From a virus: a DNA stretch of 64,000 nucleotides. Shown here piece after piece: positions 15,761 to 25,511 of the stretch. The notes under the pieces are model-generated. The model saw nothing but the letters and a program-made list of their open reading frames with translations. It did not search any database and was not told where the DNA came from. Position 1 is the stretch's first letter. Each line of letters starts with the position of its first letter. Made by a program: the position numbers and the translations under genes. The stretch is taken from IMG/VR virus record IMGVR_UViG_3300050034_000081. The stretch is one strand, 5' to 3'.

Positions 15761-16170
15761 TAAACGTAATCTCAGATAAAGTATTAACAATTAAACATTC
15801 CGAATCTCCAGATGGAATTTGGTATTGGGATATTTGTATATTTATAGCAATTAAACATGATGATGGTCATTATTATTGGGAATTTAAAAAATGGAGAAAT
15901 AAACCAATTGAAGGATTATTTCCACCAACTGAATTAATCGAATTAGCAAAGAAAATTTCTATAGAATCTAAAATTCCATACAAACCAAAACTCTCAATAA
16001 TTCGAAAAACTAAACCGGGGTCGTGTATGTATTTTCGAGATTTGAATGAAGAAGAAACTTTAGAATTTCAAAAGTATGCTCAGGAAAATGATCCAGATAT
16101 GAGCAAATGGGAAATATATCATCCTATATGCAGAACTGAATGGGAAAAGAGAGGATTTAAAAATGGATAG
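15757..16170 (+). CDS. Hypothetical protein
   Basis: Coupled ORF. Confidence 0.55.
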   Translation: MINVISDKVLTIKHSESPDGIWYWDICIFIAIKHDDGHYYWEFKKWRNKPIEGLFPPTELIELAKKISIESKIPYKPKLSIIRKTKPGSCMYFRDLNEEETLEFQKYAQENDPDMSKWEIYHPICRTEWEKRGFKNG

Positions 16171-16372
16171 TGTAATTATTCTAGCTTGTGAAAATCCACG
16201 AGATGGTTATATTGAACATCAAATGGATCATGGAAAGAAGATTTATATTAAAACTATTTTAATTGAAAATATGGATTATACAGAAGCTATGGATACTTTT
16301 GATTATGAAGATCTTAAAGTTGATGAAAATTTTGTGAATACCATTCCACTTTTTTATAATAGAGATGAGTGA
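16163..16372 (+). CDS. Hypothetical protein
   Basis: Coupled ORF, GAGGA RBS. Confidence 0.55.
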   Translation: MDSVIILACENPRDGYIEHQMDHGKKIYIKTILIENMDYTEAMDTFDYEDLKVDENFVNTIPLFYNRDE

Positions 16373-16397
16373 CATTTAGGATTTTTTGTGTTACAAT
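16369..16397 (+). promoter_or_regulatory. Class B-like promoter upstream of the DNA polymerase
   Basis: GTGACA 16369-16374, 17 nt, TGtTACAAT. Confidence 0.55.
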
Positions 16398-16450
16398 CAT
16401 TCTAGGGTCGCCATTATTCCGATGGCCTACTCTGAATGGAGAATGTATAA

Positions 16451-19400
16451 ATGCTATGTAATCTTGGATTTAAAACTGATTTTACATTATCTAAAAGTGC
16501 TATTAGATTTAAACAATTAAAAAAGATGAAATTTAATACACCAATTTCAATATGTGAAAATGGTAATATGTCATCCGTAGTTAGTTCTATAGGATTAAAT
16601 CCGCTTAATATTCCATCGGTAGAGTTATTTGTAGTAAATTCATATAACGAAAAACGTGCCCCTACTCAAAGGGCACGTTTTTTTGCTTATAATGAAGAAG
16701 CTTATAAATCACTTTGCTTAATGACGGATTTAGCCAATTTTCATAAGTACTATTCACCACGTATTACTATTTCAGATTTAATTCTGGAAGGTAATATTGT
16801 GGTGATTGTTGATCCAGATTTTCTTTTTATCAATGATCTACCAAAAGAAAAAACTTTTATTGCAGTTAATGCTAATGAGGATATTGCTAATAGAATTTAT
16901 TTACAATATAATCCAGTATTCTTTTACGATTCTTATGGTTTAAACGAACGAGATTTAAATATCGTAGAATTACTTTCTGCTCGTGGATATAAACATCAGG
17001 GACGAAAATGGTATTATGACGAAACTCATTATGATTTAGCATCTTTAATTCCAGATGCTATAACTAATTATAAAAATCTATTAACTCGACATTCTAAACC
17101 TATTATAGAATGTAAAGATAGATATCCTATTTATTGCAAAAACGCTTCAGATTATTTTGATGTATTAGTCGAAGCTGGTTTTAAACGTAAATGCCCAGAA
17201 TCAAAAGAATATAGAGAAAGATTAAATTATGAAACTTCTGTTATTAAAACTTTACACTATGAAAACTACTTCCTTATTAATTTTGATTTTATCAATTGGT
17301 CTAGGAAACATAATATTCCTATTGGTCCCGGAAGAGGTTCAGCCGCCGGTTCTATTGTTGCTTATTGTCTCGATATTACTAAACTTGACCCTATTCAAAA
17401 TGGTCTTTATTTCGAAAGATTTCTTAATCCAGAGCGAGTCTCTCCACCAGATATTGACACAGATATTAGTACTAATGATAGACAGTTCGTTATTGATTAT
17501 ATTAAAACAAAATATGGTACGGAATATGTTTCACAAATTGTTACATTTTCTGAATTAAAATCTAAATCTGCTCTAAAAGATGCTGCACGTTTATATAATA
17601 TAAATCCTGAAGAAATTAATAGAATTACTTCTTATTTTCCACCATCTAAATTTGGAACTCCTCCTACATTAAATGAGGCTTATGAAATTGAATTAGTTAA
17701 AGATTGGGCAGAGAATAATAAATCTGTTTGGAAAGAAGCATTAGAGTTAGAAGGATTTATTAGACAAACTGGTATTCATGCTGCTGGTTTAATTATATCA
17801 CCGAAACCAATTAATGAACTAACTGGCGTATCTTATGAAAAAGGTGAACGAATATGTCAGTTAGATAAAAAAGATTCTGAAAAGTTTGGTCTATTAAAAA
17901 TGGACTTTTTAGGATTAGCTACTTTAGGATTAATTAAAGATATTATGAATCTATTAGGTAAATCTTATTATGATATGGAAAACATTCCTCTAAATGATCC
18001 AAAAATATTTGAAGCATTTGCCAGAGCTGAAACACATGGAATATTCCAATTTGAATCTGATGGAATGCAAAAAATTTTAACTAGAATTAAACCAACAAGC
18101 TTTGCTGATATAGCAGCAGCCACAGCACTCTATCGCCCTGGACCTCTCATGAGCGGTCTGACAGATGATTTTATTCACAATAAGCATTCTGTTAATCCTG
18201 AATATACATTGCCAGAGTTTAAGGATTTGATGGCTGAAACTTATGGGGTATTTGTCTATCAGGAAGAGGTAATGCTTGTTTCTCAGAAAATCGCAGGCTT
18301 TACTTTAGCAAAAGCGGATAATCTCAGAAAAGCTATTGGCAAAAAAGATAAAGTATTAATGAAAACTATGGAAGACGCCTTTGTTAATGGAGCTATAAAT
18401 AACGGATATGATAAAGAGTTAATACAGAAACTTTGGCAACAGATCTTGAAATTTGCTGACTATTGCTTTAACAAGAGCCATAGTTATGCATATGCTCTAT
18501 TGAGTTATTGGACTATGTATCTGAAAATATATTATCCAAAAGAATTCGCAGTCTCCCTTCTCTCTCTAGATCTTAAAGATAGTGCAAAACTTAGATCTCA
18601 TTTTTTTAATTTAAAAGATAAAGTAGAATTTTTACCACCCTTATTAAATGAGGCTGAGGAATCTTTTAAATTAACTAAAGATGGTGTTATGATGGGATAT
18701 GGTTCTATTAAAGGTATGGGAAATGCCTCAATAGATTTAGCTAATAATAAACCATATTTGTCTATTATTCAGGTATTCGAAAAAAATAAATTAGATAAAA
18801 CTCAATTAGCAACATTAATTTATAGTGGAGCATTTGATCATTTCGAAAAAAATAAAGCAGTTCTTTTGGGTAATATTGATAGAATTTTAAAATTTAATAA
18901 ATCAAATGAAAATTCAGATATTTTTAATTTATTTGAACCAAGTGAGATATTCGCATTAGATTATGGTAAAAAAGCCAATGTTCCTTCAGATGCATATATG
19001 GAGAAAACTTGCTATGGATTCAACGTACATAGTGGATTTCTCAATGAAAATAAGTGGTTAATTGATTCTTTAAAAGAAGATATATATATTGGAATTATTA
19101 GTGAAATAAAAAGAACCAAAACTAAGAAAGATGGTAAGGATATGGCTATTCTTACCATTGAAACTATTAATGGAAAAATGAAGGCAGTACTTTTTACAAA
19201 ACAATATGCAGAATATGGAACTATACTTGAAAAAGAACAAACATATGCATTTAGAGGAATCTTAAAAACCAATACTAATAGTGAGGATGAAAACGAAACT
19301 TCATTAATTATTTATGAAATGGTTAATGAATTAGGAATTGTAGTAACACAAGCTAATTTGTATAGTGATAATAAAATTAAGGTAAAAGATATAGATAAAT

Positions 19401-19573
19401 CAGCTTTGTTAGGTTTTATCAAACCAGGTTGTTGTGATATTAATATTTATGAAAGTGATCTTGATGGAGAAAGTAATTTATTATTTAAATTATACGAAAA
19501 TATGAATTATGATAAAAGTATTCATGAAAAAGTAAAAGAAATGGGATTTAGAATTGAGTTAAATGTATTTTAA
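16451..19573 (+). CDS. dnaE: Family C DNA polymerase (DNA polymerase III alpha-like)
   Basis: GPGRGSAAGS, LYFERFLNPER.SPPDIDTD, IHAAG, GLLKMDFLGL, ALYRPGP, YQEEVM, FNKSHS, C-terminal OB fold. Confidence 0.96.
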   Translation: MLCNLGFKTDFTLSKSAIRFKQLKKMKFNTPISICENGNMSSVVSSIGLNPLNIPSVELFVVNSYNEKRAPTQRARFFAYNEEAYKSLCLMTDLANFHKYYSPRITISDLILEGNIVVIVDPDFLFINDLPKEKTFIAVNANEDIANRIYLQYNPVFFYDSYGLNERDLNIVELLSARGYKHQGRKWYYDETHYDLASLIPDAITNYKNLLTRHSKPIIECKDRYPIYCKNASDYFDVLVEAGFKRKCPESKEYRERLNYETSVIKTLHYENYFLINFDFINWSRKHNIPIGPGRGSAAGSIVAYCLDITKLDPIQNGLYFERFLNPERVSPPDIDTDISTNDRQFVIDYIKTKYGTEYVSQIVTFSELKSKSALKDAARLYNINPEEINRITSYFPPSKFGTPPTLNEAYEIELVKDWAENNKSVWKEALELEGFIRQTGIHAAGLIISPKPINELTGVSYEKGERICQLDKKDSEKFGLLKMDFLGLATLGLIKDIMNLLGKSYYDMENIPLNDPKIFEAFARAETHGIFQFESDGMQKILTRIKPTSFADIAAATALYRPGPLMSGLTDDFIHNKHSVNPEYTLPEFKDLMAETYGVFVYQEEVMLVSQKIAGFTLAKADNLRKAIGKKDKVLMKTMEDAFVNGAINNGYDKELIQKLWQQILKFADYCFNKSHSYAYALLSYWTMYLKIYYPKEFAVSLLSLDLKDSAKLRSHFFNLKDKVEFLPPLLNEAEESFKLTKDGVMMGYGSIKGMGNASIDLANNKPYLSIIQVFEKNKLDKTQLATLIYSGAFDHFEKNKAVLLGNIDRILKFNKSNENSDIFNLFEPSEIFALDYGKKANVPSDAYMEKTCYGFNVHSGFLNENKWLIDSLKEDIYIGIISEIKRTKTKKDGKDMAILTIETINGKMKAVLFTKQYAEYGTILEKEQTYAFRGILKTNTNSEDENETSLIIYEMVNELGIVVTQANLYSDNKIKVKDIDKSALLGFIKPGCCDINIYESDLDGESNLLFKLYENMNYDKSIHEKVKEMGFRIELNVF

Positions 19574-19575
19574 AG

Positions 19576-19610
19576 ATAGTGCCCAAATCTAATTGGGCGC
19601 TATTTTTTTT
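19576..19610 (+). terminator. Rho-independent terminator
   Basis: ATAGTGCCCA-AATCTAAT-TGGGCGCTAT-TTTTTTT. Confidence 0.8.
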
Positions 19611-19662
19611 AGCTATTATATTCTCAAGCTTTCATATATAATGGAAGTCGAGGACTAATTCT

Positions 19663-20673
19663 GTGACCGTTAGCGTAAAACAATTAGCAGAAAATACTTC
19701 TACTACAACAACAGTGGATACTATGATACCTATATTTATAGGTATATCCAAAACTCAAACATCTAGTATTCCAGTTTTTACTGATAGTACATATAATACA
19801 ATTCAATTGAGTCCCAATAGTAATCAAATATTAGATCCAACTTCTATAGTACCAACTATTTCATATTGGCAAGAATTAACAATAGAAATATCTTTAACTA
19901 ATAGTAGTTCTACTAATATTATCACATGTTCTATTCCTATTACTGCTAAATTTAATCCTAATTGTTTATTTGTAATTTACGATAGTAATAATAATTTATT
20001 ATTTGCATCTAATATAAGTTCTTTTACTTATAATTTAACTTCTTTAATTTCATTTACATTATCTACAACTTTAACTTTAACAGGAACTTTAACTTATAAA
20101 TTAATAGAAAAAGTAAGTGAAGTAATTCCGTATACATATAATATAAGTAGTCAGCAGGTAAGTTTAACTTTTAGTAATAGATCAAATATAGTGTCATTTC
20201 CAACTGTAATTAATGCAGATTCTATCATTACTTATAATACGACTATAAATACTTCAACTCTTACAATTTACAATCCTGTAACCGCTACTGATATTTCAAA
20301 TGAGAAAAATTTAGAACTTTCTAAAGGATTAAATTACTCATCACAAGCAATAGTAGTTTCGATACCAGATGAAACTTACATTAACAATGCTATTGACTTA
20401 ATTAAATATCAAACAGTTGGATACTATATAGTGCCAATTAATTTATCAACTACTTCAATAAATATATTATCTGCATATGTAAAATCTATTGTAGATAATA
20501 GATTTTTAAGTTTGTTAATTCCAGCAGTAATGCCGGCAGATTTAACTTTAGGTGCTGGATATTATATAGAACCAGATCGTTATGTTTTAAGTGGATATGT
20601 AATCGATGGTTATTCTGTGACGGTTCCAGTTCCACCTAATTATCCAATTCCGGGCTATGGGGATGTTTCATGA
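19663..20673 (+). CDS. Structural protein, paralog of the tail-sheath N-terminal half
   Basis: N- and C-terminal segments align by eye to 35053..36021; Thr/Ser-rich. Confidence 0.55.
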   Translation: MTVSVKQLAENTSTTTTVDTMIPIFIGISKTQTSSIPVFTDSTYNTIQLSPNSNQILDPTSIVPTISYWQELTIEISLTNSSSTNIITCSIPITAKFNPNCLFVIYDSNNNLLFASNISSFTYNLTSLISFTLSTTLTLTGTLTYKLIEKVSEVIPYTYNISSQQVSLTFSNRSNIVSFPTVINADSIITYNTTINTSTLTIYNPVTATDISNEKNLELSKGLNYSSQAIVVSIPDETYINNAIDLIKYQTVGYYIVPINLSTTSINILSAYVKSIVDNRFLSLLIPAVMPADLTLGAGYYIEPDRYVLSGYVIDGYSVTVPVPPNYPIPGYGDVS

Positions 20674-22235
20674 CTTTATCATTATATAGACGTACAGATT
20701 ATACGGTCGAATTAACTTGGGCTCAGTTAGATTCTAATTGGACTGTAATTGAAAATGCTATTAATGCATTAAATGGATTAAATATATTTGGTGGTGTTTG
20801 GAATGCTAGTGCTAATAGTCCAACTTTAGCTTCTGGGGTTGGAATTCAGGGAACTTATTATAGAGTAGGAACCACCGGAAGTACTACTCTTGATGGTATT
20901 TCAATCTGGAATCCAGGGGATTTGCTTTTCTTTAATGGAACTATTTGGGAAAAGGTAGATGGTATAGCTAATGAAAGTACTACTATTGGAACTACCAATA
21001 TATTACTTGGCGGAACTTCAACTGTATTAGCTGGTTTAACTTCTGTAACGTCTACCTTATTTGTTGGACCATTAACTGGAAATGCTAGTACAGCAACTTC
21101 ATTAGCTGGTGGTGGTGTAAATCAAATAGTTTACCAGTCAGCCGCCGGAACTTCAGCCTACATATCTCCGGCTAATTACGGCATATTAACGACCGGTGCG
21201 ACCGGTGTTCCGTCAATACTTGCAGGGGCTACGGGCGTATTGGTTGGATCGGCTTCGGCGATTCCTGCATGGTCTATAACACCAACTTTAACCGGAACTA
21301 ATTTTAGTGGTATTCCGGGAACTGCAATAAATAGTGCGGTAACTAAATCTACTAATTTAGTAGGCGGTAACTCTACTACATTATTAGGATCGGTTCCCTA
21401 TCAATCAAATACTGATACAACAACATTATTAGCTCCAAATACAACCACCACTAAGAAATTCTATACTCAAACAGGTACAGGAACAAATGGTGCTATTCCT
21501 GCATGGAATACTATCGTAACGTCAGATATAGCAACCGCCCTAACAACACCTGGACCTATTGGAGCTACTACTCCTAGTACTGGACAATTTACAACTACTA
21601 CTTTTACACAAAAGGTTAACTTTACAGCTTATTCTAATACTGCGGCATTAGGAGATATGTGGTTTAACTCAACTCAGCAAACCTTCTGTACATCTGAAGG
21701 TGCTAGTGGTAATCCGATTACTACTTATAAATCAGGAGTAATTGCAATAGTAAAATCTACTTCTGCAATTACTTTCGCAGCAGCTACAATTTATTATCCT
21801 ATTTTAACAAGCACGTTACTTGGCACTTTAACGCTTCCAATTAATTCATTAGTTGTCGGCAAAACAGTTACAATTCCAATTAATGGAGTTATTACTATAG
21901 TAACTACAGCCTCTACCGTCACAGCACAAGTTCAGATTGGATCTACGAATATTACATTTCCTGCATCAGCTTCATTAGCCGCTGGTACTTATAATTTTGA
22001 TTTAGAAATTAGAGCAAGCTTAACAGCGGCTGGATATCTGCAAGGAATGGGTAAATTAATAATTCAGTTACAAGGTGGATCTTCAATTACTAGTTATGGA
22101 ACTATTAATATTCCATCAACTACAGCTATCACTACCACAGTAGCAAATACTATTGGTTGTAGTTTCCAGACCGCAACAGCTACTACTTCTTCGACTATTC
22201 TTGCCAATCCTTCAGTTATTGAAATTAAGGGTTGA
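20670..22235 (+). CDS. Tail fiber / receptor-binding protein
   Basis: GGVWNASANSPTLASGVG..GTYYRV...GSTTLDGI..W..GD..FFNGT.WEKVD module typical of phage fibers; Thr/Gly-rich internal repeats. Confidence 0.75.
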   Translation: MTLSLYRRTDYTVELTWAQLDSNWTVIENAINALNGLNIFGGVWNASANSPTLASGVGIQGTYYRVGTTGSTTLDGISIWNPGDLLFFNGTIWEKVDGIANESTTIGTTNILLGGTSTVLAGLTSVTSTLFVGPLTGNASTATSLAGGGVNQIVYQSAAGTSAYISPANYGILTTGATGVPSILAGATGVLVGSASAIPAWSITPTLTGTNFSGIPGTAINSAVTKSTNLVGGNSTTLLGSVPYQSNTDTTTLLAPNTTTTKKFYTQTGTGTNGAIPAWNTIVTSDIATALTTPGPIGATTPSTGQFTTTTFTQKVNFTAYSNTAALGDMWFNSTQQTFCTSEGASGNPITTYKSGVIAIVKSTSAITFAAATIYYPILTSTLLGTLTLPINSLVVGKTVTIPINGVITIVTTASTVTAQVQIGSTNITFPASASLAAGTYNFDLEIRASLTAAGYLQGMGKLIIQLQGGSSITSYGTINIPSTTAITTTVANTIGCSFQTATATTSSTILANPSVIEIKG

Positions 22236-22236
22236 T

Positions 22237-23652
22237 ATGCCTGATTATAAATTACAAGAGCATCAAAATGATGCTGTAAAGCAATTTAATAAAACTAAGT
22301 CACAGATTTTATTCCATGGTTTAGGAAGTGGAAAAAGTTTATCATCAATTGCTATTGGAGAGCAAGATCCTTCTGAATCTAAATTAGTTTTAACTCCAGC
22401 ATCTCTTAGTCATAATTATATTAAAGAATTAAAAAAGTTTAACGTACCTTTAGATAACTACCATTTAGTATCTTACGAAAAATATCGTCTTAATCCAGAT
22501 TTTTATTTAAGCAAATATAAGCCAAAGATGATTATTGCCGATGAATTACATCGTGCTCAAAATGAAAGTTCTCTTACTGGAGATACACTTAGATATTCTA
22601 GATCTAAAGTTAATAAAATGTTGGGTTTAAGTGGTTCGATTGCCCAAAATAGTCCAACTGAAATAGCTTCATTACTACATACAGTAGCGGGTAAACCAGT
22701 TCTTGGTACAGAGAAAGAATTTAGAGCTAACTTTATTAAAGAACATAAAATTGGACCAGGACTTATTGGAAGATTAATGGGGCGAAAAGGCGGCACGATT
22801 CAGGAGGCTAAAAACTTAGATAAGTTTAAAGAATTAGCCTCTCCTTATATTAATACTTTTTCTGGTAATGAAGATTATAATAAGCATTTACCAAAAGTAG
22901 AAGAAGAAATTAAAAGAATTGGAATGAGCAAAGAACAGCAAGGATATTATGACTACGCATTTAAACAAGCCCCTGGCTGGGTTAAATACAAGATTAATCA
23001 CAATTTGCCTTTAAATAAACGCGAATCAGTTAATTTAAATGCTTTCTCTATTGCAGGTAGACAAATTTCAAATAGTGTTGAGGGTTATGGTGGTTCTACA
23101 CATACACCTAAAATAGATGCTATAATGAGCGATATTCAACAAGGAATGAAAAAGGATAAGAATTTCAAGGCTGCTATTTATTCTGGCTTTTTGGAATCAG
23201 GATTAGATCCGATAGCTCGAAAATTAAAAAAAAGAAATATACCATATGGTATGTTTACAGGAGAACAGAGTAAAGAAGAAAGAAATCAAATGGTAACTGA
23301 TTATAATAAAGGAAAATTAAAAACTTTATTAATTTCACCGGCAGGTGGTGAAGGTTTAGATCTTCATAATACAAAGATGATGGGAATTGTTGACCAAAGC
23401 TGGAATCCTCAAAAAACTTTACAGGCCATTGGAAGAGCGGCTAGATACGATTCTCATAAATCATTACCCGAAGAAGAAAGAAAATTAAAAGTTATACAAT
23501 ATCTTTCAGAACCTAGACTTGGGATGTTCGGAAAAATTAAGAGATACTTTAATCCAAATATACATAAAATTGGAATTGATGAATATATGCGCAATAGAAG
23601 CATGGAAAAACAGCAATTAAATGACCAATTTACAAATGTTTTAAAAGGTTAA
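22237..23652 (+). CDS. SF2/SNF2-type helicase within the tail module
   Basis: HGLGSGKS, IIADELH, LSGS, AGGEGLDL, QAIGRAARYDSH; start ATG 22237. Confidence 0.88.
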   Translation: MPDYKLQEHQNDAVKQFNKTKSQILFHGLGSGKSLSSIAIGEQDPSESKLVLTPASLSHNYIKELKKFNVPLDNYHLVSYEKYRLNPDFYLSKYKPKMIIADELHRAQNESSLTGDTLRYSRSKVNKMLGLSGSIAQNSPTEIASLLHTVAGKPVLGTEKEFRANFIKEHKIGPGLIGRLMGRKGGTIQEAKNLDKFKELASPYINTFSGNEDYNKHLPKVEEEIKRIGMSKEQQGYYDYAFKQAPGWVKYKINHNLPLNKRESVNLNAFSIAGRQISNSVEGYGGSTHTPKIDAIMSDIQQGMKKDKNFKAAIYSGFLESGLDPIARKLKKRNIPYGMFTGEQSKEERNQMVTDYNKGKLKTLLISPAGGEGLDLHNTKMMGIVDQSWNPQKTLQAIGRAARYDSHKSLPEEERKLKVIQYLSEPRLGMFGKIKRYFNPNIHKIGIDEYMRNRSMEKQQLNDQFTNVLKG

Positions 23653-23654
23653 TT

Positions 23655-24872
23655 ATGAATGTCGATTTTCTATTTAATTATCTTCCCTCAACATATAAAG
23701 ATAATTTAATAAACTCTAACGGAGATAACACTTTAATCCCTCTTTTTAACCAATACACGAATTGTATTGGAAGTATGATCTATGAAACTCAGCAATTATC
23801 CCAAGCACCTTATTTAGAAACATGTCCATTATTTATTAAAGAATATTACAAAACAGTTGATGTTTCAGTTGGTAATAATATTGGTGGAAATAATTATGCA
23901 ATCGAATCTAGTATTATTGGATTTTCAGATTTATATTATGATGGAAATTTAACATCATTAGCATGTTCAGCTTCTAATTTTACTATCAATAATAATTCAG
24001 TTACAGGTGTAAGATATATTACTTTTCCAGCAGCTTTTGATCCTAGAGTAATAACTTTATTTACCAAAACCTGTTATCATCAGAAGAATTTATTATATAA
24101 TATTTTTGGTAAATTATTAAACTATCAACCAGTATTTTCCTTTTTACAATATGGTACAGAATTTCTAACTCAACAACAGAATTATAAAAATCAGTTATTG
24201 GGATTACTATACACTTCCGTTAAAGGACAAACGTTAGAATCAATCAATATAGGATTGTCCATCTTTTTAAATTTGCAATATTCAACCATAAATGGTACAG
24301 TAAGAAATCTTACTACAACCAGCATAACCCTGGAAAGTAGTTCTGATGGAACTTTAACTACAATTACTGGAAATATAGATTCTACTTTAACTGTTGGTAC
24401 CATCATTCCTAAATATACAATTTTAGAAACAAAGAACTTTAATTTATATGATCAGTTTGCAGATCCGGCAAGATTTACTCAATTCATATTAGCTAATGGA
24501 TCACAATATCTTTTAAGTCTTTTAAATATAGACGTAACAGATCAAGAAAAATATGCACATTTAGATTTTGATAGTAATCTTTATTATGATGATGCAAATC
24601 TTTATTGGGATATGGGAGATAATACTGGAGTAAGTCATACATTACCAGGAGATGCTACCATTTATTCATTACCTAGCGCTGGATTGATTACTAATTTTAG
24701 TTCTTATGATGATTCTAGATTTCAAAGTAATAAAATATATGAAATGTTTAGAAATTTATTTATATTAGAATTTACAACAAATCAATCCACCCAAACTATA
24801 ACTAATGTAGCAAATTTTTTAAATAGATTTAAACCTTTAACTTCTAAATACATAATATATAATCCATCGTAG
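23655..24872 (+). CDS. Baseplate wedge-like structural protein
   Basis: Position in tail block; GQTLESINIGLSIFL and terminal FLNRFKPLTSKYII resemble wedge proteins (inference). Confidence 0.5.
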   Translation: MNVDFLFNYLPSTYKDNLINSNGDNTLIPLFNQYTNCIGSMIYETQQLSQAPYLETCPLFIKEYYKTVDVSVGNNIGGNNYAIESSIIGFSDLYYDGNLTSLACSASNFTINNNSVTGVRYITFPAAFDPRVITLFTKTCYHQKNLLYNIFGKLLNYQPVFSFLQYGTEFLTQQQNYKNQLLGLLYTSVKGQTLESINIGLSIFLNLQYSTINGTVRNLTTTSITLESSSDGTLTTITGNIDSTLTVGTIIPKYTILETKNFNLYDQFADPARFTQFILANGSQYLLSLLNIDVTDQEKYAHLDFDSNLYYDDANLYWDMGDNTGVSHTLPGDATIYSLPSAGLITNFSSYDDSRFQSNKIYEMFRNLFILEFTTNQSTQTITNVANFLNRFKPLTSKYIIYNPS

Positions 24873-24880
24873 GTGATATC

Positions 24881-25096
24881 ATGATTGTATCAAATTTAGG
24901 ATATGCCGCATATCTAATGCTAAAAGATTATAAACTATTAGATACGCCCACTAGAACCAATGATGGAAAGTTTAATTTCAACTTTGAGATAGAAGAAGAA
25001 TTAAACAAGAAATTATTGCATAAATACTCTACTAGTGATTTTTCTAAATTTGATAATTTCTTAGTAACTTTAAAAAGATTACTTCCGAGATATTAA
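24881..25096 (+). CDS. Small protein (DUF5659-like)
   Basis: SNLGYAAYLML...GKFNFNF motif, recalled not searched. Confidence 0.4.
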   Translation: MIVSNLGYAAYLMLKDYKLLDTPTRTNDGKFNFNFEIEEELNKKLLHKYSTSDFSKFDNFLVTLKRLLPRY

Positions 25097-25097
25097 T

Positions 25098-25484
25098 ATG
25101 ATATTAATTAAAGGAACTGATAAGTCAGTTAGATTTAAAGTATATGATAATATTTTACAAAAAAATCCTATTGACTTAACCGTATATAACGAATTTATTT
25201 GTGCTGTAACTGAAGGTTACGGAACTGTTTTAATAGAGAAAAAATTTAGCACAAATGATATTAAAGTATTTTCAGATAATCCAGATAAATATTCTAATTA
25301 TATTATCGAAGTTAAATTTAAAAAAGAAGATACAGCTAACATGACACTCAATCCTTCATATGAGGAAAGAATTAGAAATCTTGAATTATTTGGAATTATG
25401 AAAAATGAAGAAGTAACTAGATTTCTTATTACTGAATTTTACTTAGAAGGATCTGGATACTATGTACACAGAAATAGACGATAA
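25098..25484 (+). CDS. Structural protein (Ig/BppU-like candidate)
   Basis: IKGTDKSVRFKV...PIDLT pattern; tail block. Confidence 0.45.
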   Translation: MILIKGTDKSVRFKVYDNILQKNPIDLTVYNEFICAVTEGYGTVLIEKKFSTNDIKVFSDNPDKYSNYIIEVKFKKEDTANMTLNPSYEERIRNLELFGIMKNEEVTRFLITEFYLEGSGYYVHRNRR

Positions 25485-25511
25485 ATCTGATTATTATGTG
25501 GAGATTGAAGT

